Origin: a virus
Lineage: Duplodnaviria; Caudoviricetes
IMG/VR virus record: IMGVR_UViG_3300027804_000022
Coordinates: 1 to 27,916 of that record
DNA length: 27,916 nt
Strand: one strand, 5' to 3'
The position numbers and the translations under genes were made by a program. Of the stretch, positions 1 through 9,629 are shown in pieces (position 1 is the stretch's first letter; each line of letters starts with the position of its first letter). The notes beneath the pieces are model-generated. The model worked only from the letters and a program-made list of their open reading frames with translations, did no database searches and was not told the origin of the DNA.

Positions 1-127
1 ATCGGTCTTGCTGGCGGCACGGACTCGTTCGAGTACCGCGATGTGACCAAGAGCAGCAACCTGGGCGATCCAGTTGCCGTGTTCCCACGCGTCAATGTTG
101 TGGCTGGTCAGATCAACCCATTCATCA
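1..127. repeat. Terminal direct repeat, copy 1 (circular assembly overlap)
   Basis: 1-127 is identical to 27790-27916; 127 is a common assembler k-mer and the repeat lies inside the capsid ORF. Confidence 0.95.
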
Positions 128-855
128 ACCCAGATGTGGTCGATGTGATCCGTGTTGCCACCGGCAACGCGATCAAGTTCCCACGAGCCACGGCTCTTGG
201 AACGGCGACCGCTCCTGGCGAGGCTGGCACGATTGTTGAGAGCGACCCAACGATGGGCACGCTTCAGCTCACGCCATCCGGCTACAAGATTCTCGTGCAG
301 GTCTCGGAAGAGCTTGTCGAGGATGCAGCCTTTGACATCGCTGCGTTCATTGCGGACGCTGCTGGTCAGGAAGTTGCAATCGCTCACGGCGCAGCCGCTG
401 GTACGGCCGTCGTGACCGCCGCTGGTTCAGGCGTGACCGGCGCGACCTTTGTTCCGACCTATGCGGAACTGGTCTCGCTTCAGTACGCTGTCAAGCAGCA
501 GTACCGTTCAGCCGCGAAGAGTGGTTGGCTGATGTCCGATGCGACCCTTGGAACCGTCCTTGGGATCACATCGTCCAGCGTTCCTCTCTTCCAGCCAGGT
601 GGTCAGGGTGGCGTTGATCGCCTCCTTGGCAAGCCTGTCTACACCGCTTCAGGGATTGCGAACATTGGCGACGATGCCAAGCCAATCCTGTTCGGTGATC
701 TTGGGCAGATCAAGACCGCTCTCGTCGGTGGCATCCGCGTGGATGTAAGCCGCGAGTACGCGTGGAACCTTGGTCTCATCTCGTACAAGGTTGAGGTTCG
801 CGGCGCGACCGGCCTTGCACAGGCTGATGCCGTCAAGTACTACGCCTGCAACTGA
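1..855 (+). CDS. HK97-fold major capsid protein, 3' part (starts at 27508; 378 aa across the junction)
   Basis: Frame open from nt 1 and continuous with 27508-27789; capsid motifs VSEELVEDAAFD, RLLGKPV, ILFGDL; follows portal and protease. Confidence 0.95.
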   Translation: MGLAGGTDSFEYRDVTKSSNLGDPVAVFPRVNVVAGQINPFINPDVVDVIRVATGNAIKFPRATALGTATAPGEAGTIVESDPTMGTLQLTPSGYKILVQVSEELVEDAAFDIAAFIADAAGQEVAIAHGAAAGTAVVTAAGSGVTGATFVPTYAELVSLQYAVKQQYRSAAKSGWLMSDATLGTVLGITSSSVPLFQPGGQGGVDRLLGKPVYTASGIANIGDDAKPILFGDLGQIKTALVGGIRVDVSREYAWNLGLISYKVEVRGATGLAQADAVKYYACN

Positions 856-886
856 TCCGTCAGTAGCTCGGCTTAGTTAGTGGTGA

Positions 887-912
887 AGGGGAGTCGCTTC
901 GGCGGCTCCCCT
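887..912 (+). terminator. Stem-loop after the capsid gene (attenuator or mRNA stabiliser)
   Basis: AGGGGAGTCGC-TTCG-GCGGCTCCCCT, 11-bp stem with C(UUCG)G tetraloop; no U-tract, so probably leaky. Confidence 0.65.
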
Positions 913-935
913 GATCCGCACCATAAGGAGAACTA

Positions 936-1163
936 ATGCTCGTTCGACTTTGCAAGCGACGCGGTGAATATCCAAGCGGCTCAATCGTTGACCTGCCACA
1001 GGCAGAGGCGGAGAGCCTGATTGGGTTTGGCTTGGCTGAGGCTGTTGCAGATGTCGATGCAGAGGCATCAACGCGGCTCGTAGAGCGCGCGAAAGTATCA
1101 AAGAATATGAGGACAGCCACCGTCACACAAACAGAGCCGAGCGTGGCTCCTGAAGGGGAATAA
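936..1163 (+). CDS. Small capsid-adjacent hypothetical protein (75 aa)
   Basis: TAAGGAG RBS; G-x-I-V-D-L-P-x-x-E-A-x-x-L-I-x-x-G-L-A pattern typical of small genes after HK97-type capsid genes. Confidence 0.8.
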   Translation: MLVRLCKRRGEYPSGSIVDLPQAEAESLIGFGLAEAVADVDAEASTRLVERAKVSKNMRTATVTQTEPSVAPEGE

Positions 1164-1432
1164 TGGCCGCACAGATGATCTCCAAAGTTACAGAGGTGGG
1201 AACGACTGCTGTTCTTATTGCAACAGGTATGAGCGGCGCTTCTTGGATCACGCTGCATTGCGAATCCGCAACAAAGGTCTATGTTGGTGGAGCATCGGTG
1301 TCGACCGCTAACGGCTTTGAGATTCACCAGAACAGCACGGTGACGCTCTGGCTCCCAGAGGGAATCAAGATGTATGCCATCGTGAATAACGGCACAGTAG
1401 ACTTGGCAAGCATTCATACAGGAGGCGCATAA
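1163..1432 (+). CDS. Small beta-rich hypothetical virion protein (89 aa)
   Basis: TAATG coupling to the upstream gene; position in the head module. Confidence 0.7.
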   Translation: MAAQMISKVTEVGTTAVLIATGMSGASWITLHCESATKVYVGGASVSTANGFEIHQNSTVTLWLPEGIKMYAIVNNGTVDLASIHTGGA

Positions 1433-2032
1433 ATGTCCTACGCAACACTCGCTGAGTTCAAGGCTGCGGTCGGCATTACCGACAGCACGGATGACACGGC
1501 GCTTCAGTCGGTGCTGGACGCAACCGACACGCTGATCGATCTGTACTGCGACCGGAAGACTGGCTTCGGCACAGCGTCGGAGACACGCTTCTACACGGCT
1601 GAGGACTACCAGTATGTGTTGACCGATGATCTCGTCAGCATCACCACGCTCCAGACTGACGATGACGCGAACGGTACCTACGAGACCACCTGGACGAGCG
1701 GCACTGACTATGTGCTCGCTCCGCGCAATGCTGCCCTAGATGGTTTCCCCTACACCGAGATCGACACGAGCGTCACATGGCCGCGCAACTTCCCCAAGGA
1801 TGTCTACCTTGGCGTGAGGGTGGTCGGTGTGTTCGGCTTCCCTAGCGTTCCAGCTGCGGTCAAGCAGGCGGAGATTATTCAGGCTGGCGCTGTCTGGAAC
1901 AGCCGCACCGCACCATTCGGCGTGATCGGATCGGCTGACCTTGGCGGCATCCTGCGGATGAGCCGCGCTCTGCACCCAGAGGCTGCGCTGATCCTTGAGC
2001 CGTACCGCAAGCGCGGCGGCTTGGCACGATGA
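1433..2032 (+). CDS. Head-tail adaptor (gp6/gp15-like)
   Basis: MSYATLAEFK start, IDLYCDR, GFPSVPAAVKQA, LEPYR end; GGAGG RBS. Confidence 0.88.
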   Translation: MSYATLAEFKAAVGITDSTDDTALQSVLDATDTLIDLYCDRKTGFGTASETRFYTAEDYQYVLTDDLVSITTLQTDDDANGTYETTWTSGTDYVLAPRNAALDGFPYTEIDTSVTWPRNFPKDVYLGVRVVGVFGFPSVPAAVKQAEIIQAGAVWNSRTAPFGVIGSADLGGILRMSRALHPEAALILEPYRKRGGLAR

Positions 2033-2460
2033 CCGACCTGACCATCCTTGATGCCATTGCAGCTCGGCTGACGGCGCTCACGCCGCCGACTGGCTACACG
2101 CTCCGCAAGGCATACGCCACGCCTCCAGAGGGCTTGCCGGTCACACCGTGCGCGGTGCTCTTCCCAGGCGGCGACCAGATCAGCGTTGGCAACGGCAACC
2201 GCACCACGGTGCTGACGGTCAATGTGGTGGTCTACCTGCTACCAATCCCACGGATGGATGACAAGTACCGAGACCTCTACACTTGGCGCGCATGGCTGCG
2301 AACAGCCTTTGACGGAGCTGTGACGATTAGTGGAAATGCCGTTCAGGTGGCAGTCACTGGTACTACACTCGGCACAGATACATACGCCGATCAGGATTAC
2401 CTGACGGTTCAGGCAAGTGCGGAAGTCACCGTGTACGACACGGTTGCGTTCACCGCGTAA
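2029..2460 (+). CDS. Putative tail terminator / tail completion protein
   Basis: ATGA overlap; 143 aa directly before the tail tube gene; N-terminal ILDAIAARL helix followed by beta strands. Confidence 0.65.
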   Translation: MTDLTILDAIAARLTALTPPTGYTLRKAYATPPEGLPVTPCAVLFPGGDQISVGNGNRTTVLTVNVVVYLLPIPRMDDKYRDLYTWRAWLRTAFDGAVTISGNAVQVAVTGTTLGTDTYADQDYLTVQASAEVTVYDTVAFTA

Positions 2461-2477
2461 AGCAAGGAGATCGAGAG

Positions 2478-3482
2478 ATGCCAACATTCGGCGCAAAGGC
2501 TCTGACGCGAATCGCTACTGCGTCGCAATCCGGCTTCGGCACGGCCGCAGCCATGGGCACCACGACTGGCGAGATCTTGTTCAATGAGACCGTCGGATCG
2601 CTCGATCTTGGCGTGACCGTTGACCTTGGCGAGACGGTATCCGTCGGTCGCCGCACGGCCATTCAGGCGAGCCAGCCAGTCATCACCGGACGAGCACCAG
2701 TCCTCACCATTGCTGAGGGTCCTGCATCGCTCCGCACCCTGCCGCTCGTCCTTGACGCAATCGGCGCAAGCACCTCAGGCACGGCTACGCCATACAGCTG
2801 GACTTGGTCGCCAACACAGACCGATGTTGACACGCTCGTGTTCTACTCGTTCCTTGTCACCGACGGCGTGCAGAAGTATCTCGTTCGAGACGCAGCACCA
2901 ACCGAGATCACCTTCTCGGCAGATGCGAATGGCTTGCTCCAGATGGGCGCAACCTTCGCGGCGACCACGGTCAGCTCATCGGTGCTTGCATTCCCTAACG
3001 CGATCCCTGCGAACCCATTCCTGCCTGGGCGCTTGATGAAGTTGAGCATTGACACCGACTTCCCAAATAAGGCCGGCACAGGGGCAACCGACTACTCCAC
3101 GATCTACAACTTCAACCTGTCTGTCACGACCGGTGTAGGGATGGTGACGGCGCTCGATGGCAGCCTCACGGCTGCGACGGCCGCGCTGACTGGCGTGCTT
3201 GATGCAACGCTCACCTTCACGGTGGCGAGCAACTCGTCAGCCACGACGAGCTTCCCAATCACCGACATCGCCACGCAGAAGTACCTGCGCTTGTTCGGTA
3301 CGACTGCCGATAACTACGGCGTGTGGATTCTCGGCTCCTGGGAGATCGAGAACATCGTTCCGCTCTCAGCGGATAACGAGGGCGTGGTGGTCAATGAGGT
3401 CACCTGCCGACTGGCGTTCGACACGACCTCAGGCAAGTCGCTTGAGATCATCGTGGATTCGCCGCTGGCAACAGCGCCATAA
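2478..3482 (+). CDS. Major tail tube protein
   Basis: AAGGAG RBS; 334 aa Thr/Ser/Gly-rich beta protein followed by the chaperone pair and tape measure. Confidence 0.8.
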   Translation: MPTFGAKALTRIATASQSGFGTAAAMGTTTGEILFNETVGSLDLGVTVDLGETVSVGRRTAIQASQPVITGRAPVLTIAEGPASLRTLPLVLDAIGASTSGTATPYSWTWSPTQTDVDTLVFYSFLVTDGVQKYLVRDAAPTEITFSADANGLLQMGATFAATTVSSSVLAFPNAIPANPFLPGRLMKLSIDTDFPNKAGTGATDYSTIYNFNLSVTTGVGMVTALDGSLTAATAALTGVLDATLTFTVASNSSATTSFPITDIATQKYLRLFGTTADNYGVWILGSWEIENIVPLSADNEGVVVNEVTCRLAFDTTSGKSLEIIVDSPLATAP

Positions 3483-3517
3483 AGCAGAGCGCCTAGGGCG
3501 CTAGGAGGAGGGTCAAT

Positions 3518-3781
3518 ATGGACACGGTGAAGATTGAGCTAGACGGCGTGTATGCCGGTTGGACGATTGAACTGCGACGCAATGTAAGCGCTCGCATCTT
3601 GATCGACCTACAGGGCGACACAGCCGTCCAGTTCGCAGCCTTCGCTAGGTTGGTTGTGAGCCACAACTTCAAGGACATCGACGGCAATGCCGCCGATGAC
3701 ATCCTTGATGCTCCAGTCGCTGCCATCACGGCTGCAATGGAGAAGTGGGCAACCGCAATCTCAGCACTCCCAAACGCGTAA
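3518..3781 (+). CDS. Tail assembly chaperone (lambda gpG-like)
   Basis: GGAGGAGG RBS; follows the tail tube gene; ends C CCA AAC GCG TAA. Confidence 0.8.
   Translation: MDTVKIELDGVYAGWTIELRRNVSARILIDLQGDTAVQFAAFARLVVSHNFKDIDGNAADDILDAPVAAITAAMEKWATAISALPNA
3769..3775 (+). promoter_or_regulatory. -1 programmed ribosomal frameshift site C CCA AAC
   Basis: X XXY YYZ heptamer correctly phased just before the stop; the -1 frame stays open to 3963. Confidence 0.85.
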
Positions 3782-3963
3782 GGCTGGAAGCCAGACGGCT
3801 GGCCATTGGTCAGTCCGTCGTGGTAACCAGCCCAGAGATCATCGCGCACACACTGGGCACCGCCTACGGTGTGCCACCTTGGGAGATACTGAAGACCGCA
3901 ACTGCTGAAGATCTCATGACCTATTGGGGTTTGTATTGCGAGATTCAACCAAGGAGCAAGTAA
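3775..3963 (+). CDS. Frameshift extension of the tail chaperone (gpT-like; fusion about 148 aa)
   Basis: -1 frame ORF with no good RBS of its own; YGVPPWEIL motif resembles gpT-type extensions. Confidence 0.75.
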   Translation, partial: RVRLEARRLAIGQSVVVTSPEIIAHTLGTAYGVPPWEILKTATAEDLMTYWGLYCEIQPRSK

Positions 3964-4701
3964 GTGGCTAAGGCTGCCGTAGAGATCGAACTCCAGGGCA
4001 ATGTCCGCGCTGAGGCTGAAGCGCTCCAGAAGGCATTCCTCAACTCTCTCGGCTGGAAGGGCGTTCGCAAGCTCGAACAGTTCGCCACGGTCAACGCAGC
4101 TCGCGCCCTTGCCAAGCCGGTACGAGAGAAGGCTCCACGAGATCTCGGCGGACTTGCCAAGAGCGTGCGCGGCCGACGCTCGCGCATCACTCGACCAGGC
4201 GCAATCGTCGGTCCTGTCGCTGGGAAGAAGTACGCCTGGTACGCGTGGTTCGTCGTCAAGGGAACCAAGCCACACACCATCCCTAAGGTGACTGCCGCCA
4301 ACCTGTTCTCTGATCGCAAGTTCATTGAGCATCCAGGAACTCGTGGCAGCAACTTTGTTATTGAGGCAGTAGAGGCTAATATTCAACTAGCCAAGGATGC
4401 GATGTCTAAGACCATCGTGCTCTTGCTCAACGACGAGGCGATGCGCGCCAAGGTACTCGGTCTAGAGATTGAGTATGCGAACGGCACGGCAACCAAGTTC
4501 CAACAGGAGCAGTCGCTCCGACAGTGGAACAAGCCGGACTTTGTCGGTCCACTCACCCCTCTCCAGGCTGAAGGCAAGCGACGCGTAGAAGCCAGCGAGA
4601 AGATCAAGCGCATTGCTCGATCAGCGCGCAATGAGCGACTCAGGGCAGATGCAGCGGTCTTCGGCATCTCGCCAAATATGTCCAACCTGCGAACAGGGTA
4701 G
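3964..4701 (+). CDS. HK97 gp10-like tail/neck protein with C-terminal extension
   Basis: APRDLGGLAKSV, YAWFVVKGTKPH and HPGT motifs typical of gp10-like proteins; AAGGAG RBS. Confidence 0.75.
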   Translation: MAKAAVEIELQGNVRAEAEALQKAFLNSLGWKGVRKLEQFATVNAARALAKPVREKAPRDLGGLAKSVRGRRSRITRPGAIVGPVAGKKYAWYAWFVVKGTKPHTIPKVTAANLFSDRKFIEHPGTRGSNFVIEAVEANIQLAKDAMSKTIVLLLNDEAMRAKVLGLEIEYANGTATKFQQEQSLRQWNKPDFVGPLTPLQAEGKRRVEASEKIKRIARSARNERLRADAAVFGISPNMSNLRTG

Positions 4702-4710
4702 GAGTAAGCA

Positions 4711-6246
4711 ATGGCTAACATCGCAGTCAATGCAACGATTAGCGCTCGTGATGCCGCGTCTAAAAACATCAAGACCGTCAACAAGGCGCTTGGCACCCTA
4801 GGCAAGACGGCAAGCGGCATCGGCGCAGACTTTCGCAAGGTGGCACTGGGTATTGCCGGTGTAGCCGCAGGCGTTGGCGCGTTCACCGTCTCGGCGATCA
4901 AGGGTGCAGCAGCAGACGAAGCCGCAACCGCAAAGCTGACCGCAGCCCTCAAGGCGCGTAAGCTCGGTACTGAGAGCGTTCTGGCTGCGGTAGAGCGGCA
5001 GATCCTTGCCGGTCAGAAACTTGCCTTCACCGACGATGAGGTCCGCGCATCGATTGAGGCAAGCACGCGCTTTACCAGCAAGTACTCTGAAGCAACAAAG
5101 ATTCAGAATGTCGCAATGGAGTTGGCGCGCTCCAGCGGTATGTCTCTGGCCGATGCAACGATTGCAGTCGGTAAGGCGTACCAAGGCAACGGCGGCAAGC
5201 TGCTCAAGACACTCGGTATCACTGGCAAAGTGGTCAAGGGTCAGGCGGCACTCAACGCAATCCTTGGCAAGACGAAGGGCAGCGCAGCCGCATACGCAGA
5301 AACGCTAGAGGGATCGTTCAGCGTCGTATCAATCCAGGCAGCAGAACTCAAAGAGCAGTTCGGCGCAGCCTTCCTCCCAGCAGTCACCAAGTTGTTCAAG
5401 GGCTTGGCTCCGTATATGGATCGCTTCTCTGGAATCATTACCAAGTTGACTCCGAAACTCCAGAAGTTTGCTGACGAACTTGTGACTAACATTCTGGCGA
5501 ACCTACCAGAACTGTTTGCTAAGTTTGAACGATTCGTTCCTAAGGCCGTAGTCAGGATCGAGGAGTTCATTGACAAGATCGGCGGCATCGGCAAGGGCGC
5601 TGACGATCTGCTCGGCCCAGGCGGTTCTATCACCCTGCTGGTCACCGGCATCGGCGCAGCCTTTGGCGGACTCAAGGGTGCCATCACGGCTAACCTTCTC
5701 AAGGGTGGTATGGACCCATTCACCGCACTCATCGTTGCCAACATCGCCGCAACAATCCCTGCGGCATTGGCGAGTGCAATCACAGGTCAACTCGTCGCCG
5801 CTGCTGTTACTAAGTTTGGTGCAATGATGGCTGCGTCAACTGCTACCGCAGCGGCGGCTAGTGCCGCTGGTGGCGCGGCTGCCGCAGGAGGCGCAGCCGC
5901 TGCTGCTGCCGCAGGCATTACAGCGATTGTTGGCACCGCCCTTATTGCCGCCATTCCAATCGTCGCTGGAGCGTTCGCTATTGATCAATCAATCAAGCAG
6001 GGAGAAATGGCGAGCGCACTCACTAAACTTGCCCAAAGCCTCAATCTCAAGAATCGAACAACGCCGCTAATCACCGCACCAACTGGAACAGATGGTCAGT
6101 CAACTCTTGTACGAGAGTTGTTCTTCTCTGGAGCCAACGGCTCAACAGGAACCACGACCAACAACATCTACATCGGCACAGGCAAGGTCGACACGGTGGT
6201 GACCGATTCCCTGAAGCGCACAGGCAACTTCAAGCGCGGCCGCTAA
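4711..6246 (+). CDS. Tape measure protein (511 aa)
   Basis: I-S-A-R-D-x-A-S N-terminus; Ala/Gly-rich helical sequence; hydrophobic segments; KEQFGAAFLP motif. Confidence 0.9.
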   Translation: MANIAVNATISARDAASKNIKTVNKALGTLGKTASGIGADFRKVALGIAGVAAGVGAFTVSAIKGAAADEAATAKLTAALKARKLGTESVLAAVERQILAGQKLAFTDDEVRASIEASTRFTSKYSEATKIQNVAMELARSSGMSLADATIAVGKAYQGNGGKLLKTLGITGKVVKGQAALNAILGKTKGSAAAYAETLEGSFSVVSIQAAELKEQFGAAFLPAVTKLFKGLAPYMDRFSGIITKLTPKLQKFADELVTNILANLPELFAKFERFVPKAVVRIEEFIDKIGGIGKGADDLLGPGGSITLLVTGIGAAFGGLKGAITANLLKGGMDPFTALIVANIAATIPAALASAITGQLVAAAVTKFGAMMAASTATAAAASAAGGAAAAGGAAAAAAAGITAIVGTALIAAIPIVAGAFAIDQSIKQGEMASALTKLAQSLNLKNRTTPLITAPTGTDGQSTLVRELFFSGANGSTGTTTNNIYIGTGKVDTVVTDSLKRTGNFKRGR

Positions 6247-7905
6247 ATGGCGAATCCGTTCACGCTGATCGTCGCAGGAGTCACAGGCGCAGGAGCCGGT
6301 GGCGACCTGCTGACACTCCCAGCTCCAGCCTCTACCACCACACCATATGTTGATCTTGGCAGCCTTACGCTGACGATGTCTGGCGACGGTGGCGGTGGGT
6401 CAATGTCCTTTGATGTAATCGAAGTCAAGACTCAGACCCCATATCTACAGTGGTGGCGCTCAGGCGCGGTCTACGATAATGCGCGCGTCCAGTTCTTTGA
6501 TAGCCGCTACAGCGCGACCACGCCGATCTTCCTTGGCTTCATCACTGGTATCAACGCACGCCTGCTGGAGAACGGCGTAGGCACACGCGCCACAGTCAGT
6601 GTTTCTGACGCTGATGGCTGGCTTCAGAAGACCATCATCCGCAACCCTAAGACGGCAATCACAGTCAAGTCTTCTATGGACTCATTCACGCAAGGTGGCG
6701 CAGCGTCAACAGACCAGGACCACATCAACTCGCTGCTCTCAAAGATTGACGCGCAGGTGAATGACGCGACCACTCGGCAGATCTTGAACACCGGAGTGAT
6801 CACTGGCTCAAGGCGCGCGATCTTCACTGGCACCGCACAAACGATTGGCAAGCAATCATTCAAGGCAACCACGCTGCAAAGCGCCCTGGACCAGATCGCA
6901 GAGGCCGCAGGCGGTATTGCAGAGGTGCAGTACCGCTACTGGCTTGATGGCGATGGGCGCATCAACTATGGCCCAAGGGTAGCGGCACCAGCTGTAGCCA
7001 GCGCTCCAGCCGAGATCGTGACTGACCCTACCTTGCTGCGAACTGGTAGCACCACCGCCACCACGAGAATCTTTGCGCGCGATCTTACGGTGAACCTTGA
7101 TCACTCCGACATTGTCAAGGGGATCTTTGTACAGGCTGCTGACACGGTGGCTCGATATGACAGCAACCAGACCTACCCAACCGCGCCAACCAACGACCCA
7201 TACTTCCGCACCTACACAGGCACCTACAGCCGCGACGGTGCTGGGCAAGCTGCTCGCAACGGCCCATTGCCCCACGAAATCTTCAGCGCACCAAAGGTCA
7301 AGAATCTGAGCGACCGTGGAGCGACGATTGGTTCACTGACTCGAGCAACGATGGTGACTCGCAGCAAGCCGGTGCGCACCGTGTCGTTCTCTGTTGCTGG
7401 CGGTGACCTCAGCCAGACCGCATCTCCTGATTGGTCATACGGCTACAGCCAGGGATATGCACTCGCGGCTGGGGCTTCGCTCGCGGCACGAAGTGGCACA
7501 ACCGCAACTATTACAACCAATGCGGATCATCCCTTTAGGGTTGGCGACACCGTGACGATCAATCTGTTTTCTGGACCGACTGGATACACTGCACTAAGCG
7601 GTACCTGGACTGTGACCACTGTTCCCACATCAACAAGCTTTACCTTCACGACAGTCACAAGCGGAACTATCACGAGCGGCGGCGCTACTGGAACCATCTA
7701 CTACCTTGCAAAGGCGTGGCTACCAGGTCAGTATGTTCGACTGACTTCTATCCAGCTTGACCTTGCGAGCGTTGTGCTATTCATTGCGACCGTTACGATG
7801 CGCTTCGCAGAAGGTGGCGGCACCTATCAGGTGCAATACGACATTGAAGCGGACTTCCGACGGCAGTATCTCAAGGGCCTTAGCGTATTGATTGGAGCGG
7901 ACTAA
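6247..7905 (+). CDS. Tail tip / baseplate hub-like protein with an inserted beta-sandwich domain
   Basis: Follows the tape measure; IFLGFI, YWLDGDGRINY and WLPGQYV hub-like motifs. Confidence 0.7.
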   Translation: MANPFTLIVAGVTGAGAGGDLLTLPAPASTTTPYVDLGSLTLTMSGDGGGGSMSFDVIEVKTQTPYLQWWRSGAVYDNARVQFFDSRYSATTPIFLGFITGINARLLENGVGTRATVSVSDADGWLQKTIIRNPKTAITVKSSMDSFTQGGAASTDQDHINSLLSKIDAQVNDATTRQILNTGVITGSRRAIFTGTAQTIGKQSFKATTLQSALDQIAEAAGGIAEVQYRYWLDGDGRINYGPRVAAPAVASAPAEIVTDPTLLRTGSTTATTRIFARDLTVNLDHSDIVKGIFVQAADTVARYDSNQTYPTAPTNDPYFRTYTGTYSRDGAGQAARNGPLPHEIFSAPKVKNLSDRGATIGSLTRATMVTRSKPVRTVSFSVAGGDLSQTASPDWSYGYSQGYALAAGASLAARSGTTATITTNADHPFRVGDTVTINLFSGPTGYTALSGTWTVTTVPTSTSFTFTTVTSGTITSGGATGTIYYLAKAWLPGQYVRLTSIQLDLASVVLFIATVTMRFAEGGGTYQVQYDIEADFRRQYLKGLSVLIGAD

Positions 7906-7907
7906 CG

Positions 7908-9629
7908 ATGGGTAAGTACGGCACGAATGTCACAGGGCTTGGCGCGTATGAGGGCGGCGTAAACAACGACAAAGGCTCGCCGCTCGTTGCCAACAATACC
8001 GACGGCGAGACTTCACTCATCTTTGGTCCAGCCGCATTGAGAACTATCCAGTCATTTGTCAGTAATGGTGATTTTGCTGTTCCGCCAGACGCAGCTGGAG
8101 ACACGATTACCGAAGAGAACCCACTTCCGTACTGGACCTTTACGGATAACAGCAGCGTGGGCGCGATTACCTGCGCTGTCGTGGCAGACGCGGCCTCTGG
8201 CTCTGGCAATGTGCTGCGTTGGACCGTTGCCGCCAATACATCAAGCAAGGCAGCCTCAATCACGCGCTATGTGCCGATCAATGCTACGCGAGATAGGGCG
8301 TATTCCTACAGCCTTGAGGTCACCGCAGGTGGCGCGACAAGCGCTTCAAACCGTACACTCAATATTCAGATTCGTTATTACAAAGCAGATTTGACTACTA
8401 CAGGATCAGCCGCCACACAAACACTATCCTTCAACAACTTTATCAACACGACCACGGCCTACATAATTGCTAACACTGAGCGATTGAATACCCCAGCAGA
8501 CGCGGCGTATGCTCGCATTTATATTGAGATTGCCGCTACGACAACTAATGCATCTTCCGCTGTTTTGGATCTTTATGAGGTCAAGCTGATTCCTGGTATG
8601 CCGATGATTCTAGTAGCGGATCGAAATGATCCAGCGACATATGGGCCAGGTGCAATGTGGAAGACCAACGGCATTACATCTGTTGATACGGCTATGCCAA
8701 CATCGCTAACTGCTGGCTATGGCAAGCTCCAAGTTAGTTCTTCCGATGTGACCGTTAGCTCTCCGTTCATTAGCACCGACGCTGGCACCGGCATTGATGC
8801 GCGGCTAGTACAGACAGAGACGCTGATCGTAGACGGCACGAGTGCTGGAGCAGATCAGATCACGATTCCAGATACACTTGCAGGAGCTGGTCTAACTATT
8901 GGCGGAGACACAAATCTCTATCGCTCAGCTGCGGACACGCTGAAGACAGATGACTCTATCGCCGTCGTTGGCAACATCGGCTTTGACGGTGTGATCTACG
9001 GAACATCCGCGCTGACTGGTCCGAACATCAACCTGGGTGGAACCAACACGCGCCTCTGGACTCACTCGACCAGCGCCGCAGATGTTGCAGCATCAACAGC
9101 CACCACCGTTTCTGGCGTGCTGATCACTAAGGTCACCGCAGGTCAGCCGAGCACCAACATCAACGGCACGGCTACGACCGACGCGTTCGCAGACGCACTC
9201 CGCAACGGCGGCATCGCAGTTGATACGACAAACAACCGTGGCTACTTTTACAGCAACGGTTGGAAGTACGCCAACCTCACCACGCCTTCAGACTCACGGC
9301 TGAAGGAGCAGATCACCGAGATCAGCGGCGCACTCGACACGCTGCGGCAACTTATGCCGGTGGCGTTCAAGTGGAAGGCACCAGAGGCACACGGCCGCAC
9401 CGACGCCGTGGCTGACGATGGCAAGCGTCTGGGCTTCATCGCCGATCAGGTCGCCACGACTGACTTGGCGCATTGGGTTGAGACACTCGGCGTAGATGAG
9501 CGCGAGGCGCATCTCGTTGATACGACTGAGGTTCTCGCCGTCAACATTCCGCAGAACGAGATGGAGGCGCTTGTGGTGCAGGCGCTGCTCGACATCGACA
9601 CGCGCCTCAAGGCGCTGGAGTCACGATGA
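7908..9629 (+). CDS. Tail fibre/spike with CBM-like region and C-terminal intramolecular chaperone (peptidase S74)
   Basis: SDSRLKEQI...L.PVAFKWK...GFIADQV plus terminal coiled coil (S74/ICA); NGDF...W and PADAAYARI CBM-like motifs. Confidence 0.88.
   Translation: MGKYGTNVTGLGAYEGGVNNDKGSPLVANNTDGETSLIFGPAALRTIQSFVSNGDFAVPPDAAGDTITEENPLPYWTFTDNSSVGAITCAVVADAASGSGNVLRWTVAANTSSKAASITRYVPINATRDRAYSYSLEVTAGGATSASNRTLNIQIRYYKADLTTTGSAATQTLSFNNFINTTTAYIIANTERLNTPADAAYARIYIEIAATTTNASSAVLDLYEVKLIPGMPMILVADRNDPATYGPGAMWKTNGITSVDTAMPTSLTAGYGKLQVSSSDVTVSSPFISTDAGTGIDARLVQTETLIVDGTSAGADQITIPDTLAGAGLTIGGDTNLYRSAADTLKTDDSIAVVGNIGFDGVIYGTSALTGPNINLGGTNTRLWTHSTSAADVAASTATTVSGVLITKVTAGQPSTNINGTATTDAFADALRNGGIAVDTTNNRGYFYSNGWKYANLTTPSDSRLKEQITEISGALDTLRQLMPVAFKWKAPEAHGRTDAVADDGKRLGFIADQVATTDLAHWVETLGVDEREAHLVDTTEVLAVNIPQNEMEALVVQALLDIDTRLKALESR

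Noticed and set aside
43-855. 270-aa capsid protein starting at GTG 43
   Set aside because: Artefact of linearisation; the true start is ATG 27508.
3493-5783. Long minus-strand ORFs (3493-4386, 4383-4952, 5241-5783) and similar ones elsewhere
   Set aside because: Shadows of GC-rich + strand genes, with no recognisable motifs.
5830-5915. GCN-rich repeat in the tape measure gene as a repeat array
   Set aside because: It simply encodes a poly-Ala/Gly stretch; no spacer structure.
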